DNA of 64,000 nucleotides, from the NCBI GenBank assembly GCA_029261065.1, contig JAJDCB010000030.1:132876-196875 (forward strand). The letters run 5' to 3'. Below the pieces are notes generated by a model that did not search any database, was not told the DNA's origin, and was given only the letters and a program-made list of their open reading frames with translations. Source of the stretch: Candidatus Omnitrophota bacterium (GTDB taxonomy: Bacteria; Omnitrophota; Gorgyraeia; Zapsychrales; Zapsychraceae). The translations under genes were made by a program, and so were the position numbers. Each line of letters begins with the position of its first letter. The first letter of the stretch is position 1. Of the stretch, positions 29,058-39,200 are shown in pieces.

Positions 29058-30227
29058 ATGAGTAAATCTAAAGATCATTTGACCTGGGCCCAAGTTGACA
29101 CCAAAGCTATTAAACATAATATAGCTGTGTTGAATCGATTAGCCCAAAAAAATAAGTTTCTCCTTCCAACGCGTCCTAACAATTACAAAAGAAAGAACTC
29201 TGTTGAATTAATGCCTGTTATTAAAGCAGATGCTTATGGTCATGGGATGAAAGAAGTTGCTGCTATTTTGGATCAACAAGGCATTAAACGTTTTGCTGTT
29301 TCCGATCTCAAAGAAGGGAAGTTATTACGGAATCTTGGATTCAAACAACACATTCTTTTGTTTGAAAGCACTCTACCAACCTTTGCTCAAGATATTCTTG
29401 ATTATCAGTTAACACCAACTGTCTGCACGCTTGAGTTAGCACAGAGTCTCAATCGATTAGCTAAAAAGAGTAAAAGGCGTCTCTCTATTCATATTAAAAT
29501 AGATACGGGCATGGGGCGTCTTGGCGTTTGGTATGAGCAGGCACATGATTTTGTTAGACAATTACAAAAGTTACATCATCTCGTTATTACAGGGATTTAT
29601 ACCCATTTTCCTGTTGCTGATACAAACAAAACTTTTACGAGCAATCAAATCAAAAAGCTTTTTCAACTCATACTAACCCTAGATCAGAACGCCTTAGTTA
29701 TTCCTTATATTCATGCATCAAACAGTATGGGATTGATGGGGTATAAGACAAGTGTGCTTAATTTAGCTAGACCTGGTCTCTTGCTTTATGGATTATCTCC
29801 CTCGGTAAATAAAAAAAATGTGCTTAATCTTAAACCTGCATTAAGTGTGAAGTCCACGGTTATTTATATCAAAACATTGGAACGAGGGCGTGGGGTGAGT
29901 TATGGACAGAAGTTTATTGCTAAAAAAAGAATGAAGGTTGCTACCATTCCCATTGGCTATCAAGATGGTTATTTTCGGTCTCTTTCTAATAAAGCTTATG
30001 TTCTTATCGGTGGGTGTCGATGCCCGTTGCTAGGACATGTAACGATGGATCAGATTGTAGTTGATATCACAAAAGTTAAAGATTCTTATTTAGGAATGCC
30101 TGTTGTTATTTTAGGGTCTCAGAAAAAACAAACCATTACAGCAGAAGAACTCGCCAAACATGCCGACACGATCAATTATGAAATTGTCTGTGCTCTTGGG
30201 GCTCGCTTACCTAAAGTTCATCGTTGA
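29058..30227 (+). CDS. alr: Alanine racemase
   Basis: PLP-Lys motif 'MPVIKADAYGHGM', 389 aa, TIM-barrel plus C-terminal beta domain. Confidence 0.9.
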   Translation: MSKSKDHLTWAQVDTKAIKHNIAVLNRLAQKNKFLLPTRPNNYKRKNSVELMPVIKADAYGHGMKEVAAILDQQGIKRFAVSDLKEGKLLRNLGFKQHILLFESTLPTFAQDILDYQLTPTVCTLELAQSLNRLAKKSKRRLSIHIKIDTGMGRLGVWYEQAHDFVRQLQKLHHLVITGIYTHFPVADTNKTFTSNQIKKLFQLILTLDQNALVIPYIHASNSMGLMGYKTSVLNLARPGLLLYGLSPSVNKKNVLNLKPALSVKSTVIYIKTLERGRGVSYGQKFIAKKRMKVATIPIGYQDGYFRSLSNKAYVLIGGCRCPLLGHVTMDQIVVDITKVKDSYLGMPVVILGSQKKQTITAEELAKHADTINYEIVCALGARLPKVHR

Positions 30228-30998
30228 TGTTTTTGTGTCCACATCTGTTTTCTCTACCTTTATTTCTTTCCGTGCTTTTGTTTCTTCCTCTGCCCATTTA
30301 TCAAGAATTTCTGCTCGAGTTGATTGCTGAGTCGATTTTGCCTTTGGTGTCGCAAGTGCAGGTGTGATTGTTTCTACTTCTTTGCTGAGTATTTTCTTTT
30401 TAGGTGAGCTGGTTGTTGCTAGCGTCTTTGATTTTGTTGTATCCGTTTTTGTTACTTTTGCTGGTGTTGTCGCTTTTATTTGGGGTAAAGGTGTTTTTTT
30501 CTGCGCTAAGTTGTTCGTTGTCTTTTTTTTCTTTTGCAGGGTTGTTGCTGCCTTAGGAGGAGTTATTTTTTTCACGGTCGTTGTGGGTGTTATGGTTTCA
30601 CCTTTAGCTAATTGAGAAAGTTGTTTTAATTCTTCCGCTGAGGCCGATAGATCAGATGTGCGCGAGCATTGACTTGCTGTAATTTTACCTTTTTCATCCT
30701 TAGCATAAACCAAATATTTAGCACTTACCTGAAGTTCTTTGCTACAAATGTCATTAGTTTCTGCTAGATCTAGCGTTGTTGAAAAATTACCTTTAAATTT
30801 TTGAAAAACTTTCATTGATACAGTTGTTTCACCAAAGGCATTTTTTGTTTTATTCATAACCTTACCACTAAAGATGATGTCAGATTCAGAAAAGGCTTTT
30901 GAGACATCTAACGATTGGGCGCAACTGCATGCGGCGAAACTTTGAGTTGATGCAAAAAGTAATGTGACAAGTGTTAGTAATCCTATAATATTTTTCAT
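30207..30998 (-). CDS. Hypothetical secreted/lipoprotein with a Cys-containing N-domain and a ~120-aa T/K/P-rich low-complexity tail
   Basis: Signal peptide 'MKNIIGLLTLVTLLFASTQSFAACSC' and a tail 'TPTTTVKKITPPKAATTLQKKKKTTNN...TTPAKVTKTDTTKSKTLATTSSPKKK'. It is convergent with alr and overlaps its 3' end by 21 nt. Confidence 0.55.
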   Translation of the reverse strand: MKNIIGLLTLVTLLFASTQSFAACSCAQSLDVSKAFSESDIIFSGKVMNKTKNAFGETTVSMKVFQKFKGNFSTTLDLAETNDICSKELQVSAKYLVYAKDEKGKITASQCSRTSDLSASAEELKQLSQLAKGETITPTTTVKKITPPKAATTLQKKKKTTNNLAQKKTPLPQIKATTPAKVTKTDTTKSKTLATTSSPKKKILSKEVETITPALATPKAKSTQQSTRAEILDKWAEEETKARKEIKVEKTDVDTKTSTMNFR

Positions 30999-31013
30999 GA
31001 ATAAGTCTCCTTG

Positions 31014-32120
31014 TTAAAAGTTGTATTCAATAACGGAAATAGCAATCCCCGTAAAAATAACCGGTATCATCCAGGCAGAAAGGATAGGAGGAAAGAGTCC
31101 TCCTTTACCAAACGCCAGACAAACCGCATTAGCCACGTAGTACAAAAATCCAATAAGCATAGCAATCCCAAGGGATGTAAAAGTCGTTCCTTTGCGAGAT
31201 CTGATCATCAAAGCAAAGGGGAGGCCTGCTAAAACGATTACAAAATTTCCTATAGGATAAGCAATCTTTTGATGAAAATCGACGCGTAAGTTGTTTAGAG
31301 CCTTGGTCGCTCCACTGTTCGCGAAGCGGTCAATATAGCTTTTGAGTTGTTTGATGTTCATGGATGTGACATTAAGTTGTTGTTTAAGAAAATCTGTGGG
31401 GGTTTCTTTAATGTCCATGAGCTTTTCATCATATATTCTAATTTTATCTGGCCTGTTGATATATTCAGCGTTAAATGTTGTTACTTGAACGGTTGAGAAT
31501 TTCCAAGCGATACCAGTCCAGATACCTTTCAGAGCTACAATTTTTTGTTTAATGTTTTGATCTGTGTCGTGTTCGATAATAGTGATGCCTTCTAATTCTG
31601 TTGTATTAGGCATATAAGAATCAATAAAATAAAGACGGTTTCTAAGGCCATAGAAGGTAAGATTTTTAATTTTATTTTTTTTCTTAGATATGCGATCGAC
31701 AAGGAGAATCATATTTTCATTTCTAATCTGTTTGGTGGTCTCAGTGGCTTGCGGGATGAGTTTTTCATTAAACCAAAAAGCAACGGCGCTAATAATTAAT
31801 CCAAAGCAAAGAGCCGGTTTAGCGATTTGCCAAAAATTTAAGCCACTGGCGCGCATGGCAATGATTTCATTACTGTTGTTCATACTGCTGTATGTCAGAA
31901 GTGTGGCAATAAGGCAGGCAATGGAGGAGGTTTGGGCGATGATGATGGGTAAAAATGATAAATAATATTTTAAGAGAATTTCTAAAGGGACTTTTCTGTC
32001 AATAAACTCATCCAATTGAGTTGTGATATCAATAAGAAGGTATAAAAAGACGAAGATAAACATCGTCAGAAAGAAGATCTTAAGGATAGAGGTATTTATA
32101 TATCGTTCTATGATACGCAT
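31014..32120 (-). CDS. lptG: LPS export ABC permease LptG (YjgP/YjgQ family)
   Basis: 'RIIERYINTSILKIFFLTMFIFVFLYLLID' and 6 TM helices with a periplasmic beta-jellyroll insert. The start was set at the internal Met (MRIIERY). Confidence 0.8.
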   Translation of the reverse strand: MRIIERYINTSILKIFFLTMFIFVFLYLLIDITTQLDEFIDRKVPLEILLKYYLSFLPIIIAQTSSIACLIATLLTYSSMNNSNEIIAMRASGLNFWQIAKPALCFGLIISAVAFWFNEKLIPQATETTKQIRNENMILLVDRISKKKNKIKNLTFYGLRNRLYFIDSYMPNTTELEGITIIEHDTDQNIKQKIVALKGIWTGIAWKFSTVQVTTFNAEYINRPDKIRIYDEKLMDIKETPTDFLKQQLNVTSMNIKQLKSYIDRFANSGATKALNNLRVDFHQKIAYPIGNFVIVLAGLPFALMIRSRKGTTFTSLGIAMLIGFLYYVANAVCLAFGKGGLFPPILSAWMIPVIFTGIAISVIEYNF

Positions 32121-33193
32121 TTTATATTTAGATAAAGGGCTATGGACCCAGATATTGTGTTTGGCACCCACATGATGATCGCGGGGGGTGCAATGTTTTT
32201 AATACTTAACGCTTCGCATCCAATAGATATTAAATAATAAAAAGCCGCACAAAGAATAGCAAAAACGACATTAGCAGATTTTTCGCGACGATGCGTAATA
32301 ACAGCTATGGGAAAGCCCAACATCATAAATATAAGTGTGGCAAAAGACCATGTAATCTTACGATGGAACTCTGTTTCCAGGCGTCCCGTATCAACAAGTA
32401 AACGTTCTAAATTATGAATTTCATCCTTTAATTCCGCTAAACTCATCCCCTTTGGTTTCTTCTCAACCTTTTTCTTTTTGTTAGAAAGGTCAAGAGTCAT
32501 AAAGAAGTTGTCAAAATTCAGTTTATAAAAACTGTTAGGATTTGTTAAATTAGGCTCATCCGATGTCCCGTTGATCAGTTTTAATTTAATCTGATCCTTA
32601 CCAGGAACGGGAGTAAACTCACCTTCCTTAGCGATGATGGTTCGTGTCGGTTTGCCTTCTTGAGGCTGATAGATGGTTACATTATACATCTTATTGCCAT
32701 CAATTTTGTGAATAAATAAAATTTGATTATCAAAAGAATGAATAAACATTCCCGCCTCAATAAGGGCTGTAGGATTTTGCACACCTAATGTTTTAAGAAG
32801 TTTATGTCGTTTATGATGCGTATCAGGAATGATGCGATCGTTGATGATGAGGGCGACTAAACTAAGGATGATGCCAATAATGAGAAGAGGGGTAAGAAGT
32901 TTTGTAAGATGAATACCGTTGGCGCGTAGGGCCAGGATTTCGTTATCAGCCGATAATCGACTAAACCCAAGAATGACCGCCGCCAAACAAGAAAATGGCA
33001 AAATGTAACCAAGCCACAAAGGAATCGAATAAAGAAAAACTTCGCCAATAACAGAGAGATGGACACCCTTATTTATGACGAGATTAGTCAGTTGAATAAG
33101 ATTTCCTAACATAAAGATGCCAACAAGAATCGACATCGCCAGGAAAAAAGGAACGATGCATTCGATGAGGATGTAGTTTCTTATAATTTTCAT
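32108..33193 (-). CDS. lptF: LPS export ABC permease LptF (YjgP/YjgQ family)
   Basis: 'MKIIRNYILIECIVPFFLAMSILVGIFMLGN' matches the LptF/G N-terminus. It is tandem with a second copy and is the upstream gene of the pair. The start was set at MKIIRNY. Confidence 0.8.
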   Translation of the reverse strand: MKIIRNYILIECIVPFFLAMSILVGIFMLGNLIQLTNLVINKGVHLSVIGEVFLYSIPLWLGYILPFSCLAAVILGFSRLSADNEILALRANGIHLTKLLTPLLIIGIILSLVALIINDRIIPDTHHKRHKLLKTLGVQNPTALIEAGMFIHSFDNQILFIHKIDGNKMYNVTIYQPQEGKPTRTIIAKEGEFTPVPGKDQIKLKLINGTSDEPNLTNPNSFYKLNFDNFFMTLDLSNKKKKVEKKPKGMSLAELKDEIHNLERLLVDTGRLETEFHRKITWSFATLIFMMLGFPIAVITHRREKSANVVFAILCAAFYYLISIGCEALSIKNIAPPAIIMWVPNTISGSIALYLNIKCVS

Positions 33194-33206
33194 GGTATAA
33201 AAGTTT

Positions 33207-33262
33207 GTCATTCCCGCGAACACGGGAATCTATATGGATACCTGTTGTCACGGGTATGACAG
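33207..33262. repeat. REP/MITE-like element (gtcattcccgcgaacacgggaatc plus a degenerate inverted copy) between comFC and lptF
   Basis: Left arm 33207..33230. Right arm 33241..33262 (cctgttgtcacgggtatgacag) reverse-complements to ctgtcatacccgtgacaacagg. It belongs to the same family as loci 10.8 kb, 19.1 kb and 24.3 kb. Confidence 0.5.
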
Positions 33263-33272
33263 TTTTAAATCA

Positions 33273-33998
33273 TTAACGAATCGCTAGCGTCAAAACTCCA
33301 ACAGTGTTAGCCCCTGCTTCTTTCAGTGTTTGTGCTGCTTGCGAAGAGGTTGCCCCTGTTGTTAGTAAATCGTCTATAAGAAGAATAGATTTGTTATTTA
33401 CATTTGAAGGAGTACTCATTTTAAAAGCCGATGTGAGGTTTGTCCAGCGATCTTTTCGACTTAATGATGTTTGATTCTTTGTGTGTTCTACGCGTTTTAA
33501 AATATTTGGCTTTAGGGGAATCTTGTAATACTTAGATAATCCTTGGGCCAGACAAAAAGCCTGATTATACCCCCTTTCCCGTTGTCGCGTTGGATGGAGG
33601 GGGATGGGAATAAGCAAATCAAATTGTTGGATATCTAGACTGTATTTTTTGACATGGGAAATCATTAGATTCGCTAATGTGTGGCGTAGCATAGTCTTTT
33701 GACCATATTTAAAGGAATGAATCATTTTTTTTAAATGAGCTGTATAAAGACAAGCTCCCCAAGCAAAATCAAAATGGGGCTTGTAGGTGCGGCAATTATG
33801 GCAAAGGGCAGCCACATAGGGCCCCTGTAGGTGTCTGTTACACTTTTGACAGAAAGGCGGGAAGTTCATCCTCATGCATCTCAAACAATCCGGACACACT
33901 CCTTCCTGGGAATTTTGGGTAGGTATTTGATTATGGCAAATAAAACAATTACGGGGGAAGACCAGATCACATAATCCGGTAATGATGTGTTGAATCAT
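33273..33998 (-). CDS. comFC: ComF family protein (ComFC-like; double zinc ribbon plus phosphoribosyltransferase domain)
   Basis: N-terminal CxxC...CxxC ribbons ('CFICHNQ...CPDCL...CQKCNRHL...CHNC') and a C-terminal PRTase motif 'ILLIDDLLTTGATSSQAAQTLKEAGA'. Confidence 0.8.
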   Translation of the reverse strand: MIQHIITGLCDLVFPRNCFICHNQIPTQNSQEGVCPDCLRCMRMNFPPFCQKCNRHLQGPYVAALCHNCRTYKPHFDFAWGACLYTAHLKKMIHSFKYGQKTMLRHTLANLMISHVKKYSLDIQQFDLLIPIPLHPTRQRERGYNQAFCLAQGLSKYYKIPLKPNILKRVEHTKNQTSLSRKDRWTNLTSAFKMSTPSNVNNKSILLIDDLLTTGATSSQAAQTLKEAGANTVGVLTLAIR

Positions 33999-34005
33999 TG
34001 GGGTT
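33878..34005. repeat. Direct repeat copy 1 (128 bp) covering comFC codons 1-40 plus 7 nt of leader
   Basis: 124 of 128 nt are identical to 34727..34854. Confidence 0.85.
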
Positions 34006-34570
34006 TATGAAATCCGATTTTGTTTTTAGATTTTATTGGTGGTTCCAGTAGTTTTTTAATGGCTTCAAAGACAATTTTAAATTGATGATCATATTTATTC
34101 TCCATCATTTCTATTTTTTGTCTCAACTGTTTGTGTGTAGACATCAATTCACGTAATTTGGTAAATGTCCGCATAATTTGGATGTTGACCTGAATGGCGC
34201 GTTTGCTTTTAAGGACGCTGGAAAGCATTGCAATACCTTGCTCGGTAAAGGCATATGGGACGTATTTTAAATTGTGTCCTCTTTTCAAGGTCACAATTTG
34301 TGACCTTGAAGAGGCAGGATTAGCCTTCTCGGAAGTTAGAATTTGTGATCTCCAAATTTTGATTTCTTCTTTTGTCATTTGGAACATAAAATCTTTTGGA
34401 AAACGTTCTAGGTTTCGTTTAACGGCTTGATTAAGGGCTTTTGTTTCGACACCATAAAGCAGGGCTAAGTCTTTGTCTAGCATTACTTTATGATTTCTCA
34501 GGAACAGTATTTTATTTTCAATAATTTCAGATGATGAGATGTTTGTTGATGCTGATGATTTTTTTGTCAT
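33995..34570 (-). CDS. ORF6N-domain protein (KilA-N-related, phage/mobile-element associated DNA-binding family)
   Basis: 'LDKDLALLYGVETKALNQAVKRNLERFPKDFMFQMTKEE...SQIVTLKRGHNLKYVPYAFTEQGIAMLSSVLKSKRAIQVNIQIMRTF' matches the conserved ORF6N core. Its stop overlaps the comFC start (ATGA). Confidence 0.7.
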   Translation of the reverse strand: MTKKSSASTNISSSEIIENKILFLRNHKVMLDKDLALLYGVETKALNQAVKRNLERFPKDFMFQMTKEEIKIWRSQILTSEKANPASSRSQIVTLKRGHNLKYVPYAFTEQGIAMLSSVLKSKRAIQVNIQIMRTFTKLRELMSTHKQLRQKIEMMENKYDHQFKIVFEAIKKLLEPPIKSKNKIGFHKPQ

Positions 34571-34623
34571 TATTTCCCCTCATGTCACATGGATTATCTT
34601 TAATTTATACTGGGGGAAATTTT

Positions 34624-34893
34624 TTATGAAGGGGGAAATACGAATAGAAATAACATAGCATACAAAATATTAAGGGTCAATCTGCAATTATCGTCTGATA
34701 GATAATTGTTAAGGTGGAAAATTTTTTGTTGAATCAATCTCAAACAATCCGGACATACTCTTTCCTGGGACTTTTGGGTAGGTATTTGATTATGGCAAAT
34801 AAAACAATTACGGGGGAAGACCAGATCACTTAATCCGGTAATGATGTGTTGAATCATTGGGGTTATCGTAGCCTTGACTTTAGGGATAGTCAA
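34624..34893 (-). pseudogene. Duplicated 5' fragment of comFC (first about 40 codons) that diverges to an early stop
   Basis: It encodes 'MIQHIITGLSDLVFPRNCFICHNQIPTQKSQERVCPDCL', near-identical to the ComFC N-terminus, followed by unrelated sequence. Confidence 0.6.
34727..34854. repeat. Direct repeat copy 2 (128 bp) of the comFC 5' end
   Basis: See copy 1. The two copies flank a ~720-bp segment carrying the ORF6N gene. Confidence 0.85.
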
Positions 34894-34985
34894 ATAAAGG
34901 GTTTTTTTGAAAAGGGTATTAAATAATTTTTTTTAAGTTAAACTAAATGAGTTGAAGGTTATGTCATGTATGAATAGGAGAAAAA

Positions 34986-36185
34986 TTGAAAATTAAAATA
35001 ATTATTACTTTAGGATTTTTTGTGTTTTTATTGGGCGGTATTTTAGAGGCTGATCCTGCTTTAATAAAACAGTTGTCTGAGCTTTATAAGGCCAAATTAA
35101 CGAGTCCGGCATACCAAGATTGGAAGCAGGTTAACCATCGTACGATGGAAGGCCAGTCCTTTGAAGAAGAGAGGCAAATAAAAAAAGTTATTTCTCAAAT
35201 GACTAAGCAGGTTAATGTTCCCGAGGGTAAGCCTGTCTCAGTTATTCCGATCAAAACGAGTAATTTTCCTAATGTTGATGGTAAGATTCAAGAAGGGGAG
35301 TGGGAGGGGGCATTAGAAATAGATATTGGGTATGGTGATGTCTATACGCCAATTTATTTGCTCTCTGATTCAAAAAGGCTTTATGTGGCAGCCGATGTTA
35401 TTCAGGGAAAGACTAGAAAGACTTCTTTTTTCTTTAAGTATCATATTGATTTAACTCCGTTCTTACGTCGAGAACAAGTCAATCTTTATCCTGGCTCAAC
35501 GCAGCTTCAAAGTTCCCGCTTGGTCTATCAAAAAGAGTTTGGTATCTCTTTTTATTGGAATTATGATTCACATATCTATCGAAATGCACGGGGTGCAGGA
35601 AGTAGGGCCAGTGGGCATCAGCAATATGAACTTGTTATTGATTTAAGCGAAGCGAATATTCATAGGGATGTTCCCTTCTCTAGTTTTATTCAGATCGGAA
35701 CGGATTCCAAAAAAATGGTTTTAAGCAATGGGCGAGAATATCAAAAACCAATGTTTTTAGGACTCTTGGGTTCTAATATTCGACCGCATTGGTTTGTGAT
35801 CAGTGATTCGTATATCTCTGACCCCAATAATGTTGTTGCAAAAGAAGTTATTGAGCATCCGCATATTTCTAAGATTAATCCTGGTAGGAAAGTCATTGAT
35901 TATGAGAAATATGTTGTGAAAGGCGCATACACCATTTTTTATTTTTACACAGATTGGTGTAAACCTTGCCATGTGTTAGGGCCGAGATTGGAGAATCTAG
36001 CCAAAAGCCGTGAAGATGTCTACGTGCGCAAAATTGATTGTGATGTCATCGATTCTCCTGAAAACATGGCCAACGATATCGCTGGATATCCAACTGTCAC
36101 TATATTTGGAAAAAATGGACAGATTCTTCATGATAAAGTCATTTATTTAGAACCTATTGAAAAAATATTGGACGAGATGTTTTAG
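34986..36185 (+). CDS. Secreted protein with a C-terminal thioredoxin domain (WCKPC active site) and an uncharacterised ~270-aa N-terminal domain. It appears to use a TTG start.
   Basis: Signal peptide 'KIKIIITLGFFVFLLGGILEA', C-terminus 'YFYTDWCKPCHVLGPRLENLAKS...AGYPTVTIFGKNGQ', and RBS aggag 5 nt before the TTG. Confidence 0.55.
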   Translation: MKIKIIITLGFFVFLLGGILEADPALIKQLSELYKAKLTSPAYQDWKQVNHRTMEGQSFEEERQIKKVISQMTKQVNVPEGKPVSVIPIKTSNFPNVDGKIQEGEWEGALEIDIGYGDVYTPIYLLSDSKRLYVAADVIQGKTRKTSFFFKYHIDLTPFLRREQVNLYPGSTQLQSSRLVYQKEFGISFYWNYDSHIYRNARGAGSRASGHQQYELVIDLSEANIHRDVPFSSFIQIGTDSKKMVLSNGREYQKPMFLGLLGSNIRPHWFVISDSYISDPNNVVAKEVIEHPHISKINPGRKVIDYEKYVVKGAYTIFYFYTDWCKPCHVLGPRLENLAKSREDVYVRKIDCDVIDSPENMANDIAGYPTVTIFGKNGQILHDKVIYLEPIEKILDEMF

Positions 36186-36200
36186 TGTTTTCAATGACAA

Positions 36201-39200
36201 TTATTTTCTTCTCTTCATTAAAAAAACACTTCCGTAAGTATCAATTACCCACACACCGTCTTTGGCATTCGTCATAAATACAATACCGTTACCATATTTA
36301 ATGGAAGGGTCTTTAACCTCCTGTGTAAATGTTTTTTTGATTTGATCGTGGATATTGATATTGGCCATGGTCCATTGAAATGTCAGAAGACGATTCCCAT
36401 CTGTTGCCATAGGAATTAAACGCGTTTGAGGGTGTCCCATGATGGGTTCACCGGTTAAATTATTTGGAGGTCGAGGAATTTCTATTCCCGTGTATCCGGA
36501 AGGTTTATAACCAATCAGCCAAGTTTTAACGTTTGTCTTTGGATCATAACGTGATATGCCTGACTTAGGCATGTAGTAAGTAATCCTACCATCAGAAAAA
36601 ATTAATTTCTCAACATCTAGGTTTTCTTTAACACGTTGGGTTAATACTTTGCTTTTAAAATTGTATTGCCAAAGGCCATTTCGAGAAACATCTCCTGCGA
36701 TGCTTAACCATAGATTATCGTTTTGCTCATCAATGGCAATGGATTTAATTTGATAACTTCTTCCTGCATCTAAGGCGTTGTCAGCTGACAGATTGGTTGT
36801 TGAAGCAAGAATTTCATAATCCCAATTTTGAGTGTTAAGAGCAATCAAACCAGATTTCCCTTTCAGTCCAAACTTTTGATCTTTACTCAGCGGACCGACA
36901 CCGACATAAAGTAAGTCTTTATGACTGGCTAAGGATAAAATGTTATCAAAGGGGAAGGTGGTCGTTGTGTTTAATATTTTTGCTTGGTTTGCAGAAGTTG
37001 TAGGCTCTGTGACAAGGTAGTATCCCTGATAATTTGAACCAGATTTAAGGGCATGTTGAGAGGGAATAATTGTTCCTGTTTGTTTCTTAACGGCAATGAT
37101 ACCGACATTTGTGCCTACAAATATAAATTGATCATTGGTAGCCATGGCTGTAACTTCTAGCGGTTTTTTGGGTGAGCTTTGTACTTTTATAAACCCAACT
37201 TTACGAATTTTATCTGGATAATTTAATGGATACTCATAAAAGTTAACAAGATTTAACCCTTGACCTTGCACATGAATATCTACAGTGTAGAAGGTATTGT
37301 CATGAATAAAGAATTTTTCAAAGAAGAAGTTTGATCGTGTTTCAATTCTACCTAAACTGCTTTGCGCATCACCTAGTTGGTAGCCAACGCGAGTTGGCAT
37401 CTTTTCGAGTGTATAGTCTGAAACCGATTCATTTGATTTGCTTTTATTAGGAGATCCTGTTGTGTACACCTCATCAACAAGGGTATAGGCGCTACTACGT
37501 GCGCTAATGGCTCCATCTGTATTGTGTGATTGAGATGATTTTGGAGAGTTATAAGCTACAAATACGGCGGTACCTTGATTATTATGTCCTCTGACAACGC
37601 TATTTTTAAAAGAGTCGCTGCCATCATCTGGAAACATAGTACTGTAATCAACATCTTCGCCTAAGCGAGGTGGTTCTAACTCGGGACTCATTCGTAAATA
37701 GTAAGGGCTTTTGTCCAATTCAAGGTAAGCTTGATATTTGGGTTCGAAATTTTTTTTGACTCCAAGTTTAACTAATTTTAGTTCCAGTCGTCCTCGAAGA
37801 AGTTTTGCATCTGAAGAACTGTTTTTATAATTGTTTTGTTCAAGCACAGCGATCATTTTATTTAATGTTTGCACAAGCTGCGCCTTTTTTTTCGCTATTT
37901 CAAGAGCATTAAGATAAGGCCAAACATGCTGCCGCCAGGCAACTAAATTATTAGCATCATTGGATCGAATCATCCCCGCAAACACGGATTGCAAAGTTTG
38001 GATTAGCTCAGGGCTGTGATTCAAAGCGGCATGGGTAGTGGCTGTCCTTATTAAATTAGGTAAAATCGAGAGATCTTCTAGTTGCCAAATCGGATGGGAG
38101 TAAGGGAAACTATTTGTTAGGATTTGTAATTGAGCGATTGAAGATGCATTTTTTTCGTATGGTATTAAATGATTGAAACTGACAAGACGTACAAAATCGT
38201 TTGTGCTTTTAGTGTAAGCTTGAAATAATTTTTTTAATTTTGGATAAAGTCTATGATGGTTATCAATTGCTGTGCAATACAATAAACCTTTAAAGCGTGC
38301 GGGATGATAATCATTCTCCGTCTCAATAAATGCTGTGATGATATTTTTTAAAAATGGAACAATTTTACTCGAATCTTTAGGCTTGCTATCCATAATAAGA
38401 TCCTTCTTGTCGCGCCATGATTGCCAATAGGCTTTTGAATTAGTAAGATTTTTATAATGGTTTTTATAAAAGTCTTCTTGAAATTTAAGAAGCTGTTTAC
38501 GCATATTCATGAACTGATCATTGAGTTTTTTAACATGATATTCATCGTCATGAATTTGAACCGGTAAAGGCCATTCGCCACGTTCATGATAATAACGGCT
38601 TGTGTTGGGATACTTTATGGGATTCGGAATTTCAAGGCTAACTTCTAATCCTGTATCGACACGTCTGGCGTGTTCGCGTGCTAATTCGTAGTAAAGCGTG
38701 TAGCTGCGTAAAAAGGCGGAGACGGTACGTTTTTTCTTTTCTAAATTGTCATAAGAGGTATGAGGTCTACTGGAAGCTTTTTTTAAAATCGTTGAGGTGT
38801 CTCCCCAAAAACTTCTATTAACGTTAATTTTATTTTTTGACGGAAGAGTATTATCCGTTTTAGATTTGATCTGCACAACGGTGACGGCTTTCGTATTGCC
38901 TGGATGAAACGAGCTTGAGAGACCTGCTGTCATTCCACCAAATCCATCTGCTAACGTCCAACCCATCTCATACCAACTACGGGCTAACCAATAACGTGCT
39001 TTTTGTGTAGGGTTTAAACTAAAGGCAACCTCGGCATGTTGAATGGCTAGATCATGTTCGGCGCTTGATAAGAACAGAGGAACACGTTTGAGAAAGAGTT
39101 TGGCTTCCTCTACAGGGGAAATTTGTTTTACATCGGTTGTTTTAACATTAATAGCATTAAGGATTTTTTTATTTAAGATATTACGCGCTTTTTGAATATT

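Noticed and set aside
30228-30998. Possibility that the T/K/P-rich region is a low-complexity DNA repeat rather than a coding region
   Set aside because: The frame stays open for 263 codons and has a plausible signal peptide and an N-terminal globular part. It is kept as a CDS at moderate confidence.
31011-31232. ORF 31011..31232 (+) and 31690..31965 (+) antisense to lptG; 30364..30615 (+) antisense to the T/K/P-rich lipoprotein
   Set aside because: They overlap confidently called genes on the other strand. 30364..30615 is retained only as a caveat in the finding about that lipoprotein.
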